From Sedimentisphaerales bacterium (GTDB lineage Bacteria; Planctomycetota; Phycisphaerae; Sedimentisphaerales; Anaerobacaceae), in the NCBI GenBank assembly GCA_963708075.1, contig OY970194.1, positions 6,560,001 to 6,624,000 on the forward strand: a stretch of 64,000 nt of DNA. Direction: 5' to 3'. The notes beneath the pieces are model-generated. The model was not told where the DNA came from and searched no databases. It saw only the letters and a program-made list of their open reading frames with translations. Position numbers and translations under genes: made by a program. This document shows positions 62,001-64,000 of the stretch, in pieces. How positions within the stretch are numbered: position 1 is the first letter of the stretch; each line of letters starts with the position of its first letter.

Positions 62001-62977
62001 CCGGAGTCGTGGTTAAGTTCGCCGGACGATTCGGACTGACGGTCGTGTACAGGGCAACCCTGCGTGCCATCGGCGCCGAGCGGGATAAGATCGTCTTCAC
62101 CGCATCGGATACCGCGGAAGGCTGGTTCGGCATTCGCTTCCTCAATAGCGGAGCCGATGACACGCTAAGGCACTGCACAATCGAGTACGCAAAGAAGCCT
62201 TCCACCGGCGGGGGCGGCCTTCTGGATCTGTTTGGCGGCGCGATCCTCTGTTGCAGCCCGCCGGATGAAGAGCCGGGCTTCCCCATTGCTTCCAGCCCGA
62301 CAATCGATTCCTGCCTGATTGCGCACAATCTCGCCCGCACCGGCGGCGCGATCATGTGCACGGAAGAGTCCGAAGCCACAATCACCAACAACACCATCGT
62401 AGAGAATTCTGCCGAGATCGATGGCGCGGCCATCGCTCTCTATGATGCGTACTGCGAGGTGGCCAATAATGTGATCGCCCGCAATTCCTCCGACGTGGTC
62501 GGTGGCGGGATTATGAACTATCTCGGCTGTCCGTTGATCGCCAACAACACGATCGTTCATAACAGGCCCACTGCGATGCACCTTGAGGCGACGACCATGT
62601 ATGGCCTCGTCTTCGAGAGCTGTATCATTGTCAATAACATTGTCTGGGAGAACGAGGTATTCCTGTCCGAGGATGTCATGGATGACGAGTACGAGATCGA
62701 GTACAACGACATCCAGGGCGGCTGGCCGGGGAAAGGCAATATCGACGTAGATCCGCTCTTCGCAGACCCGGCGGCGGGAGATTACCATCTGAAGTCCAAG
62801 GCGGGCCGCTGGAAGGCCAGCACGCAAGGCTGGATAAAAGACAGCGTTACCAGTCCATGCATCGACGCCGGTGATCCGGGGGCCGATGTGGCGGATGAGC
62901 CACAGCCCAATGGACAGCGCATTGATATGGGCGCCTATGGCGGGACCGAGCAGGCCAGCAAGTCATCCGGCCAGTAA
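59042..62977 (+). CDS. peptidase C10 (streptopain-like) with prodomain, Ig-like and two beta-helix modules
   Basis: W.Q..PYN..CP, GCAATALAQ (catalytic Cys), GHLVVCDGY (catalytic His), H.NFGWG. Repeated SG.W....SPY...GDI and GGAI.C modules. GTG start after GGAGGT. Confidence 0.88.
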   Translation: MDCPARRESLIVIAAVSLFLSSALFAESVDLSQAREAADSFLKMRAARPDKSRNTLSVASSEGITAAGIREVRDDNGTVLAYVTDLTPRGFIAMSADTDLVPIIAYSFRNSLPADLDESNPLYRMLREDLRLRTIALAEHPELKSVETSKLWDSYISAQAAEPNDATFEQWPAEGATSTGGWLETAWDQDTPYNKFCPLDPVDRARSYVGCAATALAQLLNYHRHCEANFSDADSYMAYSGMKIDADSTLYDFPSFGELNGYLDAARAKYSAGADVNDTDAAALSFACGVAMGMDYSSEGSGAAPVAVRDGLLDKLGFHAADMFGGLSADTYRALQENMINQLPALVGICTPDGYMGHLVVCDGYNTNDEYHLNFGWGSDYPDKMTEVWYRLPTDLLSHKNVISEVILNIQPTKPVLEVDPVSMSFHSAPGQESAQQSLRLANDVEGVHVHSVSSPDGFLIARAGGQYSNRLDSFAIQRAGEGATINVKFRPERAGGYHGTLVIQYGDGRAKYVILKGWSYDGGTRIMAGNVSGVWSQAQSPYFVMGDIQVPQGRELGIEPGVRVFFVGPYSMTVGRNARLTARGNAAHLVEFTAWNRDCGWTGLRFVDSGDDDLLSHCSITFAKKGAGAIPQGNSTAGTSAETRGGAIYCEGSDPTIENCKITNNVGDVGGAVYCVGSSPVISNTLIANNTSAGGRPRSGGVCCDQWGVPELKNCTIVHNSPGGIFATSWEGTNVTNTIVWGNDVYQIQTDECSPTVSFCDVQGGYRGEGNMNVDPCFFDPSAGAGIDYDGLAASWALRTRSPCVNAGTQIADLPSTDLAGGSRIQSDVVDLGAYENQSSVPLMTISPSVIADAGFVPVDANAAVQLDIENTGTGDFKIEGLSIADANGIFSLLTPVQDRILSPGDSVQVKAGFRPRQEKSYTATMDVHSTADNGEHRQVTLRGVGVSGTIVPGPSVSGTWKKAQSPYVITGDIRIPKSKTLTIEPGVVVKFAGRFGLTVVYRATLRAIGAERDKIVFTASDTAEGWFGIRFLNSGADDTLRHCTIEYAKKPSTGGGGLLDLFGGAILCCSPPDEEPGFPIASSPTIDSCLIAHNLARTGGAIMCTEESEATITNNTIVENSAEIDGAAIALYDAYCEVANNVIARNSSDVVGGGIMNYLGCPLIANNTIVHNRPTAMHLEATTMYGLVFESCIIVNNIVWENEVFLSEDVMDDEYEIEYNDIQGGWPGKGNIDVDPLFADPAAGDYHLKSKAGRWKASTQGWIKDSVTSPCIDAGDPGADVADEPQPNGQRIDMGAYGGTEQASKSSGQ

Positions 62978-62988
62978 CGCGGGAGGTA

Positions 62989-63843
62989 TTAACGCTGGCT
63001 GACAGGCGCGTTTCTTACGCAGCGAAAGCCGTAGATGTCGTATCCGAAGCAGACGTCCACATAGCCGGGAGCTTCGTTGTAGCGATAGCCGGAACGGCAG
63101 TTGTCGCCGCTGAACTTCCAGGCGCCGCCGCGAACTACCTTGTTCTCGCCTTCCTTCGGCCCGCGAGGATTCTCCCGGGGTGATTGCTGATAGTAGTCCA
63201 CCTGGTAGAAGTCGTTACACCACTGCCATACATTGCCGATCATGTCGCATAGTCCCCACGGATTCGGCCGCTTCTGCGCCACGGGCTGAGGGTGTCCCCC
63301 GGAGTTCTTATCGAACCAGGCATGATCGCCCAGTTTGGAGACGTCGTTCCCGAAGAAGTAGGTTGTTTGAGTCCCTGCCCGGCAGGCGTATTCCCACTCC
63401 GCCTCCGTGGGCAGCCGGTACCCGTTGGCTTCAAAATCGCATTGCCATGTTTCCAGGTTATAGCAGGGTTGAAGCCCCTCCAGGCGGGAACGCGCGTTGC
63501 AGAACTTCACGGCATCGGACCAGCGCACTTGCTCCACGGGATTCTTGTCTGCCTTCCAGCGGGACGGATTGTCGCCCATGATGTTTTGATATTGCTCCTG
63601 GGTCACCAGGTGCTTGTCCATATAGACGGGGCTTACGACGACCTCGTGAGGTGGGGCATCGACCTCATCCTTGTCGCCCATCATGAACGCGCCCCCGGGA
63701 AGCTGGGCCATCTCGATCTCAGGTGTTTTGCTCGTCGCGCCGTCGGTTGCCTTGGTGTCATTGTCGGGAGTTTTGTGCTCGCAGCCTTGGATCAGGGACA
63801 GAGCCACGGCGAGGAAAAGCACAGTTGTCAGGGAGTATCTCAT
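62989..63843 (-). CDS. formylglycine-generating enzyme (SUMF1) family lipoprotein
   Basis: Lipobox IQG-C, G.F.MG, PVE.V.W.DA, YRLPTEAEWEYACRAG, RGGAW and GFRCV motifs. Confidence 0.92.
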   Translation of the reverse strand: MRYSLTTVLFLAVALSLIQGCEHKTPDNDTKATDGATSKTPEIEMAQLPGGAFMMGDKDEVDAPPHEVVVSPVYMDKHLVTQEQYQNIMGDNPSRWKADKNPVEQVRWSDAVKFCNARSRLEGLQPCYNLETWQCDFEANGYRLPTEAEWEYACRAGTQTTYFFGNDVSKLGDHAWFDKNSGGHPQPVAQKRPNPWGLCDMIGNVWQWCNDFYQVDYYQQSPRENPRGPKEGENKVVRGGAWKFSGDNCRSGYRYNEAPGYVDVCFGYDIYGFRCVRNAPVSQR

Positions 63844-63887
63844 GGTTCTCAGTTTCCAGTTCATGCTTGTCGACTTGGCGTTTCACA

Positions 63888-64000
63888 TCAATAATTCGGC
63901 CAGATTTCGTATCCGTCGGGATTCCGCAGGCACAGTCTGCAGCGCCTGCGGATTTCCTTCGCCACCTCCACGGCTTTGGGCTGAGTCAGGCAACCATAGC
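63888..64000 (-). CDS. 3' end of a CDS running off the window
   Basis: Open frame ...YGCLTQPKAVEVAKEIRRRCRLCLRNPDGYEIWPNY* ends just before the FGE gene. Confidence 0.5.
   Translation of the reverse strand, partial: YGCLTQPKAVEVAKEIRRRCRLCLRNPDGYEIWPNY

Overview
This is a GC-rich bacterial chromosomal window. It is inferred to be Planctomycetota, probably Phycisphaerae/Sedimentisphaerales-like, from the many H-X9-DG/DUF1559-type pilin-like proteins, a PEP-CTERM protein, Tat substrates and a lamin-tail/CotH protein. The housekeeping core is dapB, a rimP-leader-type terminator followed by nusA-infB-rbfA-(HhH-like)-hisG-PPIase-LptF/G, thiC with a TPP riboswitch, dinB and htpX. Secreted and carbohydrate-active genes include GH116, a heparinase II/III-alginate lyase-like protein, two sugar epimerases, a Gfo/Idh/MocA oxidoreductase, a C10 peptidase and an FGE-family protein. 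The 14-24 kb region is an accessory hotspot with a complete IS630 (an empty homologous site is also in the window), an HNH-AP2 endonuclease, a RelE/XRE toxin-antitoxin pair, a GNAT and dense palindromic repeat mosaics. Five observations stand out: (i) a TIR-CHAT(caspase-like)-STAND NTPase-TPR NLR-like gene with both catalytic sites intact, convergent with a TOPRIM-degenerate OLD-like ATPase; (ii) a ~195-bp MITE family in three copies, each with a perfect 8-bp TSD, whose interior is exchangeable; (iii) mirror-image repeat arms enclosing the TA cassette; (iv) a REP-like doublet inserted in frame that supplies part of a Tat signal peptide; (v) a TPP riboswitch with a 44-nt hairpin inserted in L5. 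Eight genes carry small frameshifts, most likely consensus indel errors. No rRNA, tRNA, cas genes or true CRISPR array were recognised. All family assignments come from motif recognition by eye, not from database searches.
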